From positions 1 through 50,198 of the forward strand of contig JAYZQJ010000181.1 of the NCBI GenBank assembly GCA_036149055.1: a stretch of 50,198 nt of DNA, in the 5' to 3' direction. Shown piece by piece: positions 18,454-28,737 of the stretch (the first letter of the stretch is position 1; every line of letters begins with the position of its first letter). This DNA comes from Myxococcota bacterium (GTDB taxonomy: Bacteria > Myxococcota_A > Polyangia > Polyangiales > Sandaracinaceae). Made by a program: the position numbers and the translations under genes. Under the pieces are notes generated by a model, which had not been told where the DNA came from, did not search any database, and was given only the letters and a program-made list of their open reading frames with translations.

Positions 18454-20899
18454 GGAAGGCGAGGGCGAGGAGCGCGAGCGACCCGAGCGGGGTCGCGCCG
18501 CCCGGCGCCGAACGACAACCGCAGCCGCCGGAGAGCGGCGCGTCGGTGCCTCCGTCGCCGGCGGTCGGGCCCGCGTCCGCCGTCGCGCTGGCGTCGCGCC
18601 CCGTGGCCCCCGCGTCCCGGGTCACGCCCGCGTCGGGCGGCGCGCAGGCGCCCTCGTCGATCTCGCCGTCGCAGTCGTCGTCGAGGCCGTTGCAGGTCTC
18701 CTCCACCGGCATGCAGCGCGGCCCGGCGACGGTGAAGGCGGCGTAGCGCGACGGGAGGTCGAAGCCGCGGCCGTCGTCGTAGCCGTCCACGCCGATCGGC
18801 GGGCCGAAGCCGGCGCCGGTGGACGGCCAGCAGCGCAGGCCGGCGGCGGCGCGGGCGCAGAGATCGGCGCGGCGATCCCCGTTCACGTCGGCGAGGCGCA
18901 GCGTCAGGTAGTACTTCGGGTCGTCCCAGCCGTCGTCGTCCGACAGCTCCGGGCCCCAGAAGCGCGCGAACGCGGCCCCGTCCCAGCGCCAGCAGCGCAC
19001 GCCCGCGTTGGCCCGGGCGCAGAGCTCGTCCGCCCCGTCGCCGTCGACGTCGCCGGTCCGGATCGTCGCGTAGTTGTCGTGGTCGGCCCAGCCGCGGTCG
19101 TCGGCGAGGTCGGCGACGATCACCGCGTCACCGAAGGCGACGCCGTCGAAGAAGTGGCAGCGCAGGTCGGTCGAGGTGCGCACGCAGAGATCGGCGCGCC
19201 CGTCCCCGTCGACGTCCGCCATCCGGATCGTGCTCCAGTAGCGCACGTGGTCGAAGCCGCGGCGGTCGCTCCAGGTCGGGCCTTCGATCGCGGGCCCGAA
19301 GCCGTCCCCGGTCGACAGGTGGCACTCCATGCCCGACGCGCGGCGCGCGCACACGTCGGCCCGCCCGTCGCCGTCGAGGTCGCCGAAGCGCAGGGTGGCG
19401 TACTGCGCGGGCTGATCGAAGCCGTCGGCGTCGCTCCACGCCGGCCCGAGCACCGGCTCCTCGAAGGCGTCGCCGGTCGAGCGGTAGCAGCGCAGCTCGG
19501 TGCTCCGGCGCACGCAGAGATCGTCGAGCCCGTCACCGTCGAAGTCGGCGACCCGCAGCGTCGAGCCGTAGGCCGGGCCGCGCCACCCCCCGTCGTCCGC
19601 GAGCGGCGGTCCGTCGATGGGCGCGCCCACGCCGTCCGGCGTCGAGGGCCAGCACCGCACGCCGCCCGAGAAGCGGCCGCAGACGTCGGCGAGCCCGTCG
19701 CCGTTCACGTCGCCCATCCGGATGGTGGACCAGCGCGTCATGTCCTCGAATTCGTCGCCGAACGCGTCGTTGCGGAAGTGGAAGTCGCCCCACGACTCGG
19801 CGTTGGAGAGGCGGCAGCGGAGGTCGCTCCCGCTCCGGATGCACGCGTCGGCGAGCCCGTCGCCGTCGACGTCGCTGGTGGTGTCGCCGCCGACGACCGA
19901 GAGATCGAACATCGCCTGCTCGACCTCGCAGCCCTCGCCGCCGTCGCTCCGGCGGAAGCACTCGTCGACCTCGGCCACGCAGCTCCCCGGCGCGCGCGGC
20001 AGCCCGGTGGCGGCGCCCGCGAAGATGCCCCAGTGGTTGGCCACCGAGCGGGGCGTGCCGTCCGAGGGGCTGTTGATCGTGCCCCGGCCGTCGACCCACA
20101 TCTGGCTCGATCCGCCGCCGTCGAGGTTGAAGGCCTGCCACGCGCCGAGCTGATGGATGAGGCTGGCGAGCTCTGTCCCGTACATGCCCGCCGAGCTGCT
20201 CGAGCGGCCGTCGACCACGAGCAGGATGAAGGTCTGCATGTCCTCGGTGAGGCCCATCGCGGTGCGCGGGTGCCGCTGGCGCATGTCGGTGCGATCCGGG
20301 AAGCAGCCCGACGCGGTGGGGCTCGCGCAGGTGTAACGCGCGCCCTCGGTGACCAGCTCGGGGAAGCCGCTGACGAGCGCGTTCGTGCCCGGCGGCACGG
20401 CGCCGGTGACGGTGGACGGCATGAAGCCGGCGCGCGGGCTCCGGTTGTTCTTCACCCAGCGCGTGTGGTTGAAGTCCACCCAGCCGTCGCCGAACGCGAT
20501 CCACCCATAGCGGCGGTGGTACCACTGGCCCGCCGCGTCCGCGCTCTCCCCGGTCTGCGCCACCGGCCAGGCGCGCCCGCCGCCGACCGCCTGCCCGTAG
20601 ACCCGCGGCGGCGACTCGTAGAGGAAGAAGTCGCCGTTCGTCGCCACCGTCGCGCCGACCGCGCTGCCCCAGCTCGAGGCGCTCCGGCGGCTGGTGGGTC
20701 GCGCGGTGGCGTCGACGTGCACGTAGTCGGCGCAGAGATCGACGAAGGCGGCGTAGAACCGCGTGGTCGGCCCGGACGTGCGCCCCTCGAGGATCCGCAC
20801 GCCGGGGCGAGGGTCGGACCACGAGCGGCTGGTGATGGTCTGCGCGTCGGCGGGCGCGGCGAGCAGGCAGAGGCAGAGCGTGAGGAGACAGCGTCGCAC
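18419..20899 (-). CDS. Phosphodiester glycosidase (NAGPA-family) domain + FG-GAP repeats + MYXO-CTERM anchor
   Basis: GTG 20899 with SD gaggagg and signal peptide; TNGDFF, HPRTAMG, VVDGRS, AFNLDGGGSS; about 7 DxDGDGxADxCxR repeats; CNGLDDDCDG; C-terminus GGCGC...LLALAFLRRR. Confidence 0.9.
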   Translation of the reverse strand: MRRCLLTLCLCLLAAPADAQTITSRSWSDPRPGVRILEGRTSGPTTRFYAAFVDLCADYVHVDATARPTSRRSASSWGSAVGATVATNGDFFLYESPPRVYGQAVGGGRAWPVAQTGESADAAGQWYHRRYGWIAFGDGWVDFNHTRWVKNNRSPRAGFMPSTVTGAVPPGTNALVSGFPELVTEGARYTCASPTASGCFPDRTDMRQRHPRTAMGLTEDMQTFILLVVDGRSSSSAGMYGTELASLIHQLGAWQAFNLDGGGSSQMWVDGRGTINSPSDGTPRSVANHWGIFAGAATGLPRAPGSCVAEVDECFRRSDGGEGCEVEQAMFDLSVVGGDTTSDVDGDGLADACIRSGSDLRCRLSNAESWGDFHFRNDAFGDEFEDMTRWSTIRMGDVNGDGLADVCGRFSGGVRCWPSTPDGVGAPIDGPPLADDGGWRGPAYGSTLRVADFDGDGLDDLCVRRSTELRCYRSTGDAFEEPVLGPAWSDADGFDQPAQYATLRFGDLDGDGRADVCARRASGMECHLSTGDGFGPAIEGPTWSDRRGFDHVRYWSTIRMADVDGDGRADLCVRTSTDLRCHFFDGVAFGDAVIVADLADDRGWADHDNYATIRTGDVDGDGADELCARANAGVRCWRWDGAAFARFWGPELSDDDGWDDPKYYLTLRLADVNGDRRADLCARAAAGLRCWPSTGAGFGPPIGVDGYDDGRGFDLPSRYAAFTVAGPRCMPVEETCNGLDDDCDGEIDEGACAPPDAGVTRDAGATGRDASATADAGPTAGDGGTDAPLSGGCGCRSAPGGATPLGSLALLALAFLRRRGGTPRGA

Positions 20900-21117
20900 G
20901 GGCCTCCTCTCAGCAATCCCCGGGCCGACTCCCGGCTGCAACCCCGAGGTGGCAGCCCCGGCGCGCGTGGGGTCACCCGTGCGCGCGATCGTCCAGATGC
21001 TGGACGGAGCCCGTCGGTCCGCCGCCGCCGCCGTCGCTCGGAGGAGCGCGACGCGCTCCGGGGTGGAGCCTCGGGTGGCCATGACGGCGGCCGGCCAGGC
21101 ATGGCATGCTGACTCGA

Positions 21118-22479
21118 ATGCGACCGGTCGTCCTGCTGTGCATCCTGGCCGTCGGCTGCAACGTCGGGCGCGCCGGCGTGGAGGGCCCCGACGCGTCCAT
21201 CCCCTCGATCGACGCCGGCGAGCCGCCCGCGGACGCGCGCGTCGCGCTCGACGCGAGCTCCGGCTCCGACGCGGGGAGCGGCTTCGACGCCGGACCGCCC
21301 GGCGCGGACGCCGGCGCCTCCGAAGACGCGGGCGCCGAGCGCGACGCGGGCACGCCGCCTCCTCCTCCGCCGCCGCCTCCGCCTCCGCCGCCGCCCACCG
21401 GCTGCACCGCCGACACGGAGTGCGGGACCTGCGAGGTGTGCGCGAGCGGGAGCTGCGTGGCTCGCACCGGTCGCGACGTGCGGCGGGCCGGGGTCTCCGA
21501 TCACGCGGACGCGAGCGATCGGGACAGCCTGGCCGCGATGCTCACCTGCGCCCGCGCCGGCGACACGGTGCGCCTGGTCGACGCGGGGGTCTACCCGGTG
21601 AACGCCACCGTCGCCGTGCCCGCCGGCGTGACCCTGGTGGCGACGGCGGGAGGCACCCTGCGCGCGGGCTCCGGGGTGACCGGCCGCACGCTCCTCAGCG
21701 TCTCGAGCGGGGTGACGCTGCGCGACCTGGACCTCGACGGCGGTCGCAACGCGCATCACCTCGTGCAAGGCGGCGGGGTCTCGGACGTCACCATCGAGCG
21801 CAGCGCCCTGCACGACACCCGCAACGCGTTCCCCGCCGGCGCCGACCCGCGGTGTCACGGGCTCGTCATCACCGGCGGCACGCGCATCACCATCCGCAAC
21901 AACACCGTCGAGCGCATCGGCTACCCGAAGGTGTCCGGCACGAGCTGGTCCGGCGTGTGCGCGGGCATGTACCTCGAGCGCGCCCGCACCCTGGAGGTGC
22001 ACGACAACGTGGTGCGCGACGTGTTGACGGCCGGCATCGACTTCACCGGCACCCTCGGCGCGCGGATCACGGGCAACCGCGTCGAGGACAACGGCCGCAA
22101 CCGCGACTACGGCGGGCCGGTGGCCGACGGGATCACCGCCTACCACAACGGCCACGGGTTCACGTACCAGGACATCTGGGTGACCGGGAACACCATCCTC
22201 CGCAGCGGCAACCACGGCATCCACCTCAGCGGGCGCGACGTGCACGTCGAGCGCAACGTGGTCCGCGATCCGTGGGCGCAGGGCATCCTGATCATGGACC
22301 AGCGCGTGCCGCACGACTGCGCCTCCAACGTGACCGTGCACGACAACACGATCAGCGGCATCGGGAGCACCGGGAACCGGCACGCCGTCTACATCGGCGA
22401 CGACTACAAGGTCGGCGGCGTCTCGGTCCGCGGCAACGGCTCCGACGTCTTCTGGAAGCCCGGCACGACCTGCACGTGA
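21118..22479 (+). CDS. Lipoprotein with 14-Pro linker and right-handed parallel beta-helix domain
   Basis: Lipobox AVGC; 14 consecutive Pro codons (21355-21396); repeats ITIRNNTV, ITGNRVEDN, VTGNTILRSGNHGI, VHDNTISG. Confidence 0.85.
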   Translation: MRPVVLLCILAVGCNVGRAGVEGPDASIPSIDAGEPPADARVALDASSGSDAGSGFDAGPPGADAGASEDAGAERDAGTPPPPPPPPPPPPPPTGCTADTECGTCEVCASGSCVARTGRDVRRAGVSDHADASDRDSLAAMLTCARAGDTVRLVDAGVYPVNATVAVPAGVTLVATAGGTLRAGSGVTGRTLLSVSSGVTLRDLDLDGGRNAHHLVQGGGVSDVTIERSALHDTRNAFPAGADPRCHGLVITGGTRITIRNNTVERIGYPKVSGTSWSGVCAGMYLERARTLEVHDNVVRDVLTAGIDFTGTLGARITGNRVEDNGRNRDYGGPVADGITAYHNGHGFTYQDIWVTGNTILRSGNHGIHLSGRDVHVERNVVRDPWAQGILIMDQRVPHDCASNVTVHDNTISGIGSTGNRHAVYIGDDYKVGGVSVRGNGSDVFWKPGTTCT

Positions 22480-22492
22480 GATGGCGCGGCGA

Positions 22493-23659
22493 CTACTCGG
22501 CGCACTCCGACCAGCTCGGCGGCCAGCTGTTGCAGAACCGGCAGTAGGGGGCCGAGAGGCCGGCGCGGCAGGCGTCGCAGGCGGAGTCGTCGCAGCACTC
22601 GGCGCCCTCGCACGACTGGCTCTCGGGGGCGGTCTCGCCCTCGACCAGCTGGCGGGTCCACTCGTCGAGGCGCACGCCGTTCACCTCGCGCTCCTCGAAG
22701 AGCGTGTAGGGCGTGACGCAGTGGACCGGGCCCGGCGGGACGTAGCTCCGGAACGACGGCAGCTCGGTCTCGATGCGCGCGAGGCTGTCCCGGAAGAGCC
22801 CCGGCCAGTCCTCGGGGGCGCCGCCCATCGCGGTGTAGAAGAAGATCTGGTCGGCGTCGTAGGCGGTCGCGGTCTGCGACATGCGCATGTCCGGGAAGGC
22901 CTGGCCGATGCGGATGTAGAGGTCCGGCAGGGAAAGCTCGGTGAGCGGCCGATCGAGGCCGGGGACGAAGCTCGGCAGCGCCTCCTCCGCGTTCCAGTTC
23001 GGGAGGCTCTCCTCGAGGAACGAGTCCGTGATGATGCCGGCGCCCGAGTCGGCGAGCACCGAGATCGTGGCGTCCGGGTACTGCTGGGCGACGTACGCCG
23101 AGTGGAGCGCCGCTCCGTACGCGCCGGCGCTGCAGCCGCTCACGAGCACCGTGTCGGGCGACGGGTAGCGGCTGTAGATCCAGTCGAGCGCGGTCGTCGC
23201 GTTGACGAAGCCCTTGTGCTCGATGACGAGGTCGTCGGCGTACTCCACGCGCGCGTTGCCCCAGTGGATGTCGCCCGTGCAGTAGGGGATGTGGATGATC
23301 GTGTAGTCGGCGAAGGGCCCCTCGTTCGCGAAGAGGCCGCCGAGCACGCCGGCGTCGATGGCCTCGGTGAACTCGTCGAGCTCGCCGGTCGAGTCGCTGA
23401 AGAGGGCGCCGATGAAGCCGCAGGTCGTGTCGTTCCAGCAGGCGCCGCCGCCCTGGAAGTCGATGATGACCTTGCTCGGATCCCCCCCGCGCACGAAGAA
23501 GCGGTAGTCGGTGCCGCGGGCGCACACCGTCTCGCCGCCGGGCTCGATCGCGATCCACTCCCCGGCCATCGGGGGCGGGGGGAGGTCGTCGTCGTAGGTC
23601 GGCTCGGACTCGCAGCCGGCGAGGGCGACGAGCAGGGCGGTGCAGGCGAGGAGGCGCAT
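22493..23659 (-). CDS. Pectinacetylesterase/Notum-family hydrolase lipoprotein (alternative start 23668)
   Basis: Lipobox LAGC; FQGGGACW, PYCTGDIHWG, catalytic GCSAG, LADSG. Confidence 0.88.
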   Translation of the reverse strand: MRLLACTALLVALAGCESEPTYDDDLPPPPMAGEWIAIEPGGETVCARGTDYRFFVRGGDPSKVIIDFQGGGACWNDTTCGFIGALFSDSTGELDEFTEAIDAGVLGGLFANEGPFADYTIIHIPYCTGDIHWGNARVEYADDLVIEHKGFVNATTALDWIYSRYPSPDTVLVSGCSAGAYGAALHSAYVAQQYPDATISVLADSGAGIITDSFLEESLPNWNAEEALPSFVPGLDRPLTELSLPDLYIRIGQAFPDMRMSQTATAYDADQIFFYTAMGGAPEDWPGLFRDSLARIETELPSFRSYVPPGPVHCVTPYTLFEEREVNGVRLDEWTRQLVEGETAPESQSCEGAECCDDSACDACRAGLSAPYCRFCNSWPPSWSECAE

Positions 23660-23708
23660 GAGGGCCATGATAGGCCCAATACGGATCGCGGACCGCGTTC
23701 GGTTCGGT

Positions 23709-23780
23709 TCAGCCTCGCTCGCAGCCGAGCCAGGCGAGCGCGGCGATCGCGACCGCGCCTCCGATGATCATCCACACCAT
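23709..23780 (-). CDS. Putative 23-aa single-TM small protein MVWMIIGGAVAIAALAWLGCERG
   Basis: SD ggggag 6 nt before the ATG; TAGGCT box upstream; sits in an otherwise empty intergenic gap; hydrophobic helix. Confidence 0.55.
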   Translation of the reverse strand: MVWMIIGGAVAIAALAWLGCERG

Positions 23781-23848
23781 GAGCAGCTCCCCCGAGCTGG
23801 ACAGCCTACGCCCATCGGCGCGGCGTGTTCCAGAAAGCGTGCGCGCGC

Positions 23849-25576
23849 TCACCGCCGCTTCTTGGGGCGGAACGGGCGCGGGCGCTGCTGCGGGCGGCCC
23901 GAGGGACGTCCCTGAGCGCGGGGATGGCGCGACGGGCGGGCCTCGACGAGCGGGACCTCGACGCCGCGGATCTGGATGCGGCCCACGTCCTGGATGAGGT
24001 GCTCGGCGACCTCGACCGGGACCCGGACGAAGCTCGCGTTGGCGCCCACCGTGATGCGGCCGATGTCGGCGCTCGGGATGCCGAGCTCGTTGGCGAGCGC
24101 GCCCACGAGGTCGCCGGGGCGCACGCCTCGGCGCTTGCCGAGCGGGAGGAAGAGCTCCTTCTCCTCCGACGCCGGGCGGTGCGCGGGGCGGGCGGCGGCC
24201 TGCTTCGGCGCGCGCTCGCGGGGGCGGCTCCAGCTCGGCGGCTCCTCGCTGGCGTCGGCGGCGAGGTCGAAGCCCCGGTCGTCGGCCATGACCTTGAGCG
24301 CCGAGGCGAGGGCCTCGCGGGCGTCGCCTCCCCCCGCGAGGAGGGCGTCGGCCAGCGCGAGGTGCGCCGGCTCGGGGGCCGCGTTCTCCATCGCGTCGGT
24401 GAGGCGGGTGCGCCGCGCCGCCAGGATGTCGGCGTCCGAGGGCACGTCCATGCGGGCGATGCGGACCCCGAGGGTGTCCTCGAAGCGGCGGACCCGGCCG
24501 CGCTCCGCGGGGGCCACGAAGCTGATCGCGGTGCCGTCCCGGCCCGCGCGCCCGGTGCGGCCGATGCGGTGCACGTAGGTCTCGGGGTCGGTGGGCAGGT
24601 CGAGGTTCACCACGTGCGTGAGGAGATCCACGTCGAGCCCGCGCGCGGCGACGTCGGTCGCGACGACCACGTCGAGCTGCCCGGCGCGCAGCCGGGTCAC
24701 GACGAGCTCGCGCGCGCCCTGGTTCAGGTCTCCGTGGAGCGCGTCCACCCGGAGGCCGCGCTCGGCGAGGTAGGTCGCCGCCTCGGCGCAGCCGGCGCGG
24801 GTGCGGGCGAAGACGAGGGTCGCGCCGCGGGGCTCGGCCGCCAGGACCCGGCGCAGCGCCTCGAGCTTGAAGCGGTGCGGGACGAGGACGCCGCGCTGCT
24901 GGATGTGCTCGGTGGTCAGCGCCTCCGACTCCACCTGGACCACGAGGGGCTCCTTCAGGTGGGTCTTGGCGATCCGCTCGATCGGCGGGGGCATCGTGGC
25001 CGAGAAGAGCGCCACCTGGCGGCCCTTCGGGGTCGCGCTGAGGAGCTTCTCGACGTCGTCGATGAAGCCCATGCGGAGCATCTCGTCGGCCTCGTCGAGC
25101 ACGAACAGCTCGAGCTCGCTGAGGTCGAGGGTGCCGCGCTCGAGGTGGTCGAGGACGCGGCCGGGGGTGCCGACCACGACCGAGACGCCCTTCGAGAGCG
25201 CCTTGAGCTGCGGGCCGTAGGAGGCGCCGCCGTAGAGCGTGACCACACGCACGGGGAGCTGGGCGGCGTAGCTGCGGAGCGCGTCCGTCACCTGGAGGGC
25301 CAGCTCGCGCGTGGGGCAGAGGAGCAGGGCCTTCACGGCCTTGCCGCCGCCCTTGACCCGCTCGAGCACGGGCAGGCCGAAGGCCGCGGTCTTGCCGCTC
25401 CCGGTGCGGGCGCGGCCGATCACGTCGCGCCCGGACACGAGGGGCGGAATGGCCTCGGCCTGGATGGGGGTGGGCGACTCGAAGCCCAGGGCGCCGACGG
25501 CGTCGATCAGGCGAGGGTCGATGGAGAGTCCCTCGAAAGTCGAAGGCGAAACGTCGGTCGATACTGCGGATGTCAT
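23849..25576 (-). CDS. deaD: DEAD-box RNA helicase with C-terminal DbpA-type RNA-binding domain
   Basis: Q motif PTPIQ, ARTGSGKT, PTRELA, LDEADEM, SATMP, VATDVAARGLD, YVHRIGRTGRAG; RPGDLVGALANE. Confidence 0.93.
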   Translation of the reverse strand: MTSAVSTDVSPSTFEGLSIDPRLIDAVGALGFESPTPIQAEAIPPLVSGRDVIGRARTGSGKTAAFGLPVLERVKGGGKAVKALLLCPTRELALQVTDALRSYAAQLPVRVVTLYGGASYGPQLKALSKGVSVVVGTPGRVLDHLERGTLDLSELELFVLDEADEMLRMGFIDDVEKLLSATPKGRQVALFSATMPPPIERIAKTHLKEPLVVQVESEALTTEHIQQRGVLVPHRFKLEALRRVLAAEPRGATLVFARTRAGCAEAATYLAERGLRVDALHGDLNQGARELVVTRLRAGQLDVVVATDVAARGLDVDLLTHVVNLDLPTDPETYVHRIGRTGRAGRDGTAISFVAPAERGRVRRFEDTLGVRIARMDVPSDADILAARRTRLTDAMENAAPEPAHLALADALLAGGGDAREALASALKVMADDRGFDLAADASEEPPSWSRPRERAPKQAAARPAHRPASEEKELFLPLGKRRGVRPGDLVGALANELGIPSADIGRITVGANASFVRVPVEVAEHLIQDVGRIQIRGVEVPLVEARPSRHPRAQGRPSGRPQQRPRPFRPKKRR

Positions 25577-25683
25577 TGGGCCTCGGGGGCGGAGGAAGCC
25601 CCCTGCTATGAGGCATCCCGGGCGATCGCGCCAGTCGAGTCCCTTGTGCGGCGGGGGCGGAAGCGTCCATGCTCCCCCATTCG

Positions 25684-27471
25684 ATGGCCAGCAGTTTCGC
25701 CCGACCCATCCGCATCTTGATGCTCCAGCGGGACGAGGGCGCGGTGGATCTGGCCCGGAGCAGCTTCGAGCTCGCCGGCCTCCCGACCGAGATCGAGGCC
25801 CACGAGACGCCCCTCGAGGCGTTCGTCGCGCTGCGCGGCGGCGCCTGGGACGTGGTGCTCGCGGATCTCTCGGTCGAGGGCAGCGAGGGCTTCTTCCAGA
25901 AGCTCCGCAAGAGCGACGCGACCCGGAAGCTGCCGCTCATCGCGCTCTCCGACGCCCCGGACGACGCGTCCGACTACGTCTTCGCGCGGCCCCGCGACGA
26001 GGGCGAGTACATGGGGATCGTCGCGGCCATCAAGTTCTTCTGGATGAACGAGGCGCCCTCGCTGCCGCCTCCCCCGCCGGCCCCCGAGCCCGCGCCCGGC
26101 CAGCCGAGCGTGCGCCCGCAGCGGCTGTCGAACCTCGACCTGATGACGCTCCCGATCGAGCCGTCGGAGGCGTACCTCCTGTCGATCCTGGACGGCGAGC
26201 TGGGGGTGGACGAGATCGGCGCGGTCATCGGCGCGCCGGTGGCGGAGACCCGCCGGATGCTCCGTCGGCTGGCCGATCTCGGGGCCGTGCGCTGGAGCGC
26301 GCCGCACCCGAGCCTCCCGCCGCCCCCGCCGCCGTCGATCTCCTCGGCCGAGCACCCGGCCGTGCAGGTGTCCGAGCCGGAGCCGGAGGCGCCCGAGGAG
26401 GAGGGCCGCTTCACCGAGGCGCGGAAGCGGCAGGTCGACGACGCGCTCGCGCTGCTCGACGAGGCCGACCACTACGAGCTGCTCGGCGTCCCCCGCGACG
26501 CGAGCCGTCAGGACATCCGGCAGGCCTACTTCGCGCTCGCGAAGCTCTTCCACACCGACACCCTCTTCGGGGTGGAGCTCGGCGAGTACCGCCAGAAGAT
26601 GGACCGCGTCTTCACCGCGATCACCGAGGCGTACGACGTGCTCGGCAAGACCAAGCGGCGGCGCGAGTACGACGAGTACCTCGGCGCGGTCCAGGAGACG
26701 GCCGCCCTCGAGGACGCGGCGCCGCCCGAGCCCGAGCCCGCACCCGCGCCCCCGCCGCCGAAGGAGGAGCCGCCCGCCAAGCCCCCGTCGCGGCCGCGGA
26801 TGACCCGATCCGAGACGATGCGCGCGGTGGCGGCGCGGCGGGTCCAGGACCTGCGCGCCCAGACGCGCCGCGACGCGCAGCTCCCGCCGGCCGCCGGCAA
26901 GCCCACCGCGCTCAGCTCGCTCAGCCGCGCGCTCACCCAGGTCTCTCGCACGTCGGGGCGGCTGGACCGGGCCGACCGGCTCATCGCCGACGCGCGCGAG
27001 GCGGAGGCCAAGGGCAACCTCGCCGGCGCGGCCGAGGCGCTCCGCATCGCCGTCGCCTGGCGCCCGAACGACGACGCGCTGCGGGCCGACGCCGAGCGCC
27101 TCCGCTGGGAGGCGGCGCAGAGCAAGGCGGCCGCGTTCGAGAAGAGGGCGCGCTACGCCCAGGAGCGGCTCAAGTGGGACGAGGCGGCCCGCTGCTGGGC
27201 GAAGGTCGCGGACGCGCGCCCGAACGACGCCGACGCGCAGGAGGCGGCGGGGCTCGCGGCCCTGCGGAGCGGAGAGGACCTCCAGCGCGCCGCCAAGCAC
27301 GCGCGCCGGGCCACCGAGCTCCGCCCGGAGAAGGCGAGCGGTCACCGCCTGCTCGGCCAGATCTACGCCGCCGCCCAGAAGCCGGAGAGCGCCCGCCGCT
27401 CGCTGAAGCGGGCGCTCGAGCTGGACTCGAAGGACGAAGACGCCCGCCGGCTGCTCACCGAGCTCGGCTGA
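25684..27471 (+). CDS. Receiver-like domain + J-like domain + TPR protein
   Basis: N-terminal REC-like fold (DVVLADL...LPLIALS...FFW); J-domain DHYELLGV...IRQAYFALAKLFHTD...ITEAYDVL...RREYD; C-terminal TPRs. Start 25669 or 25684. Confidence 0.85.
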   Translation: MASSFARPIRILMLQRDEGAVDLARSSFELAGLPTEIEAHETPLEAFVALRGGAWDVVLADLSVEGSEGFFQKLRKSDATRKLPLIALSDAPDDASDYVFARPRDEGEYMGIVAAIKFFWMNEAPSLPPPPPAPEPAPGQPSVRPQRLSNLDLMTLPIEPSEAYLLSILDGELGVDEIGAVIGAPVAETRRMLRRLADLGAVRWSAPHPSLPPPPPPSISSAEHPAVQVSEPEPEAPEEEGRFTEARKRQVDDALALLDEADHYELLGVPRDASRQDIRQAYFALAKLFHTDTLFGVELGEYRQKMDRVFTAITEAYDVLGKTKRRREYDEYLGAVQETAALEDAAPPEPEPAPAPPPPKEEPPAKPPSRPRMTRSETMRAVAARRVQDLRAQTRRDAQLPPAAGKPTALSSLSRALTQVSRTSGRLDRADRLIADAREAEAKGNLAGAAEALRIAVAWRPNDDALRADAERLRWEAAQSKAAAFEKRARYAQERLKWDEAARCWAKVADARPNDADAQEAAGLAALRSGEDLQRAAKHARRATELRPEKASGHRLLGQIYAAAQKPESARRSLKRALELDSKDEDARRLLTELG

Positions 27472-27477
27472 AGGGCG

Positions 27478-28737
27478 TCACTGGCTCGCGAAGAGCCGGC
27501 CGCGCTCGGTGATCGCGACCGCGATCAGGCTGATCACGCCCAGGGCCGCGAAGCCGAGGAGCAGCGGCGCGGTCGTGCCGTCGTAGGCGCGGCCGATGAG
27601 GCCGCCGAGCACGCCGCTGACCGTCGTGGTCGCGAACCCGTAGGCCGCCGACGCGGTGCCCGCGATCTTGCCGAGCGGCTCCATGGCGAGCGCGTTGAAG
27701 TTGGCGCCGATCAGCCCGAAGAGGGCGAAGGCGATCGCGAAGAGCGGGAAGAAGATCCACAGCTCCTCGCCGACGAGGAACATCAGCGCGCAGAGCGTCA
27801 GCGAGACCGCGATGAAGCCCACGAGGGCGACGTGGCTCAGCCGCCGCATGCCGAAGCGCTCCACGAGGCGGGAGTTGGTGAAGTTGGCGGCGCTGAGCGC
27901 GAGGGCCACGCCCGCGAACCAGAAGACGAAGGTGTCGCCCTTGCCGAAGACCTCGCGGAAGACCTGCTCGGACGCCGAGATGAAGGCGAAGAGCGCGCCG
28001 AAGACGACGCCGCTGGCGACCATGTAGCCGAACGTGACCCGGCTCTTCAGGACGGCGAGGTAGGCGCGCACGGTGCCCATCAGGTTCAGCTCGCCGCGGT
28101 CCCGCTCCTTCACCGTCTCCTCGAGCCGGAGGTACGTCCAGCCGAGCATGCCGAAGCCGGCGAGGGCGAGGACCCCGAAGCACCAACGCCACGGGGCGAT
28201 CAGCAACACTCCGGCCCCGAGCATCGGCGCCAGGATCGGGATCACCATGAAGATGGTCATCACCAGGGACATGATCCGGGCCATGCCGCGGCCGGCGAAG
28301 AGATCCCGCACCACCGCCACCGCCACGACCCGGCAGCCCGACGCGAAGACGCCGTGCACGAAGCGCGCGACGAGGAGCTGCTCGAAGCTCTGGGTGGCGA
28401 GGCACGCCAGGCCGGCGAGGGTGTAGCCGACGAGCGAGACGAAGAGCACCGGGCGGCGTCCGAAGCGGTCCGAGAGCGGGCCCCACACCAGCTGCGGGGC
28501 GCCGAAGCCGAGGATGTAGGCCACCACGACCAGCTGCCCGTCGTTGCCGGCGACGCCGAGGTCGCCCGCGATCGCGCCGAGCGCGGGGAGCATGATGTCG
28601 ATGGCGAGCGCGTTCAGCGCCATCAACGCCGCGACCATCGTCACCAGCTCGAGCGTCGAGATCGAGGCGGGGCTCTCGATCTCGGTGGCCGCCGAGAGGG
28701 CGTCGGTGGGGGGCGGGGGATGGACGGACGTGCGCAT
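27478..28737 (-). CDS. Bcr/CflA-family multidrug MFS transporter
   Basis: ALAIDIMLPAL, GPLSDRFGRRPV, VVRDLFAGRGMARIMS; about 12 TM. Confidence 0.93.
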   Translation of the reverse strand: MRTSVHPPPPTDALSAATEIESPASISTLELVTMVAALMALNALAIDIMLPALGAIAGDLGVAGNDGQLVVVAYILGFGAPQLVWGPLSDRFGRRPVLFVSLVGYTLAGLACLATQSFEQLLVARFVHGVFASGCRVVAVAVVRDLFAGRGMARIMSLVMTIFMVIPILAPMLGAGVLLIAPWRWCFGVLALAGFGMLGWTYLRLEETVKERDRGELNLMGTVRAYLAVLKSRVTFGYMVASGVVFGALFAFISASEQVFREVFGKGDTFVFWFAGVALALSAANFTNSRLVERFGMRRLSHVALVGFIAVSLTLCALMFLVGEELWIFFPLFAIAFALFGLIGANFNALAMEPLGKIAGTASAAYGFATTTVSGVLGGLIGRAYDGTTAPLLLGFAALGVISLIAVAITERGRLFASQ

